From NCBI GenBank assembly GCA_963758295.1, contig CAVWUU010000003.1, positions 232,724 through 296,723 on the forward strand: a stretch of 64,000 nucleotides of DNA, given 5' to 3'. The DNA comes from Candidatus Eremiobacteria bacterium. GTDB taxonomy: Bacteria; Vulcanimicrobiota; Vulcanimicrobiia; Vulcanimicrobiales; Vulcanimicrobiaceae. The notes under the pieces were generated by a model. That model was not told the DNA's origin. It made no database searches and worked only from the letters and a program-made list of their open reading frames with translations. The position numbers were made by a program, and so were the translations under genes. Positions within the stretch are counted from its first letter, which is position 1; each line of letters begins with the position of its first letter. Shown here one piece after another: positions 61,238 through 64,000 of the stretch.

Positions 61238-62683
61238 CTAGTAGCCGTTCTCTTTTATAAAAGACGGCGCCATGACCGCGTCCGACATGCCGTGAATCAA
61301 ACGCTTATCGGCCGGCGCGACCGTCGCAAGAATGCCGCCGAGTTCGATGGCGTTCTCACCGGTAACGAAGTAGTACGGACACAGGCGCACGCGCGCGTCG
61401 AACACCTTGATGTCGTCGCTTTCGCGATCCAAGTAAGGCATACGAATGCGTTTGCCTTTGTGGAAGCGCTGCAAGATGTACGGCGTGCGATCGAACGAGG
61501 TCAGCGCGTTATCGATTGCTGCGCGCCATTCTTCTTTGGTGAGATCGTTTGCGATTTTTACGCCGCGCGATCCCCACGCAAGTTCCGAAAATCCCGACGG
61601 TTTTACGACCCAATCGCGTTCGCTCTTGCCGAGCTCGATGAGCTGATGCCAATCCGCGACCGGTTCGCCTCCGCCTTCGAGGCCGGCGATCACCGCTTGC
61701 GGCGGCAGCGGGCGTGGATCGATGATCCATGTCTTGGGGAAGATAGCGCTCAGTCGCGCATAAAGGGCTTTCCCGTCTTTGCCGAGTTCGGCTTCCCACA
61801 AACCGCGCAGTGCCGGATGATGAAAGAGCGCAAACGAAAGTTTTTCTTCGAGCGCCGCTTTGGGGGGAGGCGTAATCTTTACGCGGTTGTGCCGCGCGGA
61901 ATAGAACATCAGCTCTTGCTTGGAGACGTTGAGCAAATCGAACAGCTCGAAGTTGCGGTAAATCGCGTCCAGTTTTTCTTCGCGACCATCTTCTAAGCGT
62001 ACGAAGAGCGCGTCTTCGGTGAAAACGATGTCGTGCGGCGTCGTAACGGTGGCGTTGACGAGCCCGGTGGCATTTGCCGCCGAAGCGAGCCACCGTAATT
62101 CGTTGCGATAGTCGCCCGATTCGTCCGACACGACGATGGCAACGGTAGGCCGTTGGGCGCCCGTTACGTGCTGCAACATCTTCGCAAAGCTGCGGGGCAT
62201 GCCGTCCGGACCGCCGATCGATTCAATTCCGGCTTTACAATACGCCTCGGTCATCGCGCCGACGAAACCCATGCCGCCCGGCACGGAATCGAGTTCGGAA
62301 GCAATGAGACCATCGTCGGTCATCATCAAGTCCGGCCGAATGACGGCGGGAAGTTCTTGCTTGAAGCGGTTCTGCCGCTCTAACCGGATGATGTGCTCGG
62401 GCTTACCGTGGTCCAAGTATTCGGAAATGAAGCGGGGCGCCGTGCCGCGGACGCTGCGGTTATACAGATTGTTGAGCGCGCGGTAGAAGGCTAGCAGGTC
62501 GTTTCCAATGCGTTCGATTTGCTCGAGCGTCTTCGGAGACAATGCAAACGGCTCGGGGCTTACGCGCCACGGGATCCTTGCGTGCTCGTCTTCGGTTTTG
62601 AAGAGACCGGGCGGGATCGTATCGTGGATGAACTGCGCTTGCTCGCGAGCCGTGAGATTCGGCACGGTTGCCGTACAGGGCAT
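61238..62683 (-). CDS. ATP-grasp-like ligase (glutathionylspermidine synthase / circularly permuted ATP-grasp-like)
   Basis: RPD, ELDSVPGG, VVKPSG...GSRGV, ILQRF. Confidence 0.6.
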   Translation of the reverse strand: MPCTATVPNLTAREQAQFIHDTIPPGLFKTEDEHARIPWRVSPEPFALSPKTLEQIERIGNDLLAFYRALNNLYNRSVRGTAPRFISEYLDHGKPEHIIRLERQNRFKQELPAVIRPDLMMTDDGLIASELDSVPGGMGFVGAMTEAYCKAGIESIGGPDGMPRSFAKMLQHVTGAQRPTVAIVVSDESGDYRNELRWLASAANATGLVNATVTTPHDIVFTEDALFVRLEDGREEKLDAIYRNFELFDLLNVSKQELMFYSARHNRVKITPPPKAALEEKLSFALFHHPALRGLWEAELGKDGKALYARLSAIFPKTWIIDPRPLPPQAVIAGLEGGGEPVADWHQLIELGKSERDWVVKPSGFSELAWGSRGVKIANDLTKEEWRAAIDNALTSFDRTPYILQRFHKGKRIRMPYLDRESDDIKVFDARVRLCPYYFVTGENAIELGGILATVAPADKRLIHGMSDAVMAPSFIKENGY

Positions 62684-62812
62684 GAAAAAGCTTGCTCCTA
62701 TCCTAGCCCCGACAACAGCCGTCGGGGATTTTGGAATTATTGAACGCGATGTATCTGCGTCGCATGACTCTGTCTTTAATTCCCAGGATAGGCGAGAAGT
62801 TGCAGCCGGCGG

Positions 62813-63199
62813 CTACTTGACCGTAACGGCACCCGGAGTAAGCATGGCACTTTCAACTCTTACGAGGCCGCCTGCATAAACAAGTGTCAGGTGAAGGGTC
62901 CCCTGGAGGCCGAGCTGCGAGAGTTCGACATTTTCCATCACCCGAGAAGGACCGTCGCCGTTGATGAACCGCATGGAGCCGTTGCGAGCAAAAGAGCCGC
63001 CCGGGGCGCTATAGCTGCCCTGGACAGCCAGGGCGATCGCCCCGCCCGGCGCGTGTTCCGGGGCGCCGTTGACGCAATAACCAATCGTCACCGGGGTCCC
63101 GCGCACTACAAGCGTTTCTCGGGAACAATGATTTTGGGCGCCGGCCGCACACGGGATGGCAGCCAGCAAAGCCACAAGGAATAGTGACGAGGGTTTCAT
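62813..63199 (-). CDS. Hypothetical secreted protein
   Basis: Signal peptide MKPSSLFLVALLAA...AGA-Q. Confidence 0.6.
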   Translation of the reverse strand: MKPSSLFLVALLAAIPCAAGAQNHCSRETLVVRGTPVTIGYCVNGAPEHAPGGAIALAVQGSYSAPGGSFARNGSMRFINGDGPSRVMENVELSQLGLQGTLHLTLVYAGGLVRVESAMLTPGAVTVK

Positions 63200-63278
63200 T
63201 CTGAGAACCAAGCATTCGTCTCCAACAAACGTCGCACCCGCCACGAATCGATTGACGGCAAGCGTTATGCTAGGTGTG

Positions 63279-64000
63279 GTGCCCAGGATCGATCTCATAG
63301 CTTTAGACCTCGATGGAACGTTGCTTACTCCCGGCGATGAAATATCGCCGGCGAATCGCGCTGCCATCGAGGAAAGCGTAGCCTCCGGTATTCGCGTCGT
63401 CCTCGTGACGGGGCGCGGCGCCGACACCCCCGCGCGGTTCGCTCGCGACTTGGGGCTGAATCTGCCGGTGATCTGCTGCCACGGTGCGCTGACGAAAGAC
63501 TTCCTCTCCGGCAAGGTGCTGGGTCACATCCCCGTCCCGCTTCAATACGCCAAACCGATGATCGAGTTTGCCGAACAGAACGGTTTGGACGCGGCGCTCT
63601 ACGTCGAGGAACGGTTCCACCGCCTCAAGGGCACCCACCCGTACATGGAAGACATGCGCGGCCCGAACTGGGTTGACGTGGACTCGTTTGCGACGGTCCT
63701 GCGATCTGCGCCGACGTTCATCCGGTTTCTCGGTCACGACGCGGTTTCCGCGATCCGCGAAACGTTCGGCGATTATCCCGTGCATTTCAAGTACGAAACG
63801 TGGGGCGATTTCGAAGAGCTCGCCGTGACGAGCGTTGAAGCTACGAAGAAAAACGCGCTTGCGAAGCTCTGCGCGGACTTGAAAGTGCCGCAGCAAAAAG
63901 TACTTGCCGTAGGCGACTCGAGAAACGACGTTCCGATGTTGCGATGGGCCGGCATCGGCGTTGCGATGGGAAACGCGCTTCCGGAAGTGAAGAACGCAGT
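63279..64000 (+). CDS. Cof-type HAD hydrolase (partial, runs off window)
   Basis: Manual translation: IALDLDGTLL, VTGR, TKKNAL, AVGDSRNDVPML..AG.GVAMGNA. Confidence 0.92.
   Translation, partial: MPRIDLIALDLDGTLLTPGDEISPANRAAIEESVASGIRVVLVTGRGADTPARFARDLGLNLPVICCHGALTKDFLSGKVLGHIPVPLQYAKPMIEFAEQNGLDAALYVEERFHRLKGTHPYMEDMRGPNWVDVDSFATVLRSAPTFIRFLGHDAVSAIRETFGDYPVHFKYETWGDFEELAVTSVEATKKNALAKLCADLKVPQQKVLAVGDSRNDVPMLRWAGIGVAMGNALPEVKNA

Noticed and set aside
1..64000. CRISPR array, rRNA, integrase, transposase or prophage genes
   Set aside because: No regularly spaced repeats or matching protein motifs seen by eye

Overview
GC-rich (roughly 60% by eye) bacterial chromosomal window. Gene content and protein style suggest a soil Terrabacterium such as Candidatus Eremiobacterota/Vulcanimicrobiota; this is inference, not verified. 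In order: (1) partial tsaD. (2) A rearranged actinobacterial-type cytochrome bcc-aa3 cluster (ctaCDF, ctaE-qcrAB-ctaG, an extra cytochrome c, qcrC). (3) An adjacent ~13 kb tightly coupled operon: ThDP pyruvate-oxidase-like enzyme, enolase-superfamily enzyme, FAD/Fe-S oxidoreductase, NDH-2, glucose dehydrogenase-like SDR, glycoside hydrolase, epimerases and a cyclase, with a convergent MFS transporter. (4) thrS, a phosphatase islet, and six tRNAs mixed with small accessory genes, including a degenerate tRNA-Asp duplicate that looks like an att scar. (5) panE-recG-M16 peptidase-HAD-rsmD-coaD, with many frameshifts that are probably sequencing errors. (6) A cyclase-STAND-TPR protein, a DUF2249-like/Crp regulator, thiolase, hbd/crt, phoU and an ATP-grasp-like protein. 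The most promising candidates for something undescribed are two cis-regulatory leaders (a uORF attenuator at 27.6-27.8 kb and a riboswitch-like leader with terminator before phoU), a structured RNA before tRNA-Phe, and the possible stress-sigma-controlled sugar-oxidation/respiration module. No CRISPR array, rRNA, integrase or transposase was seen.
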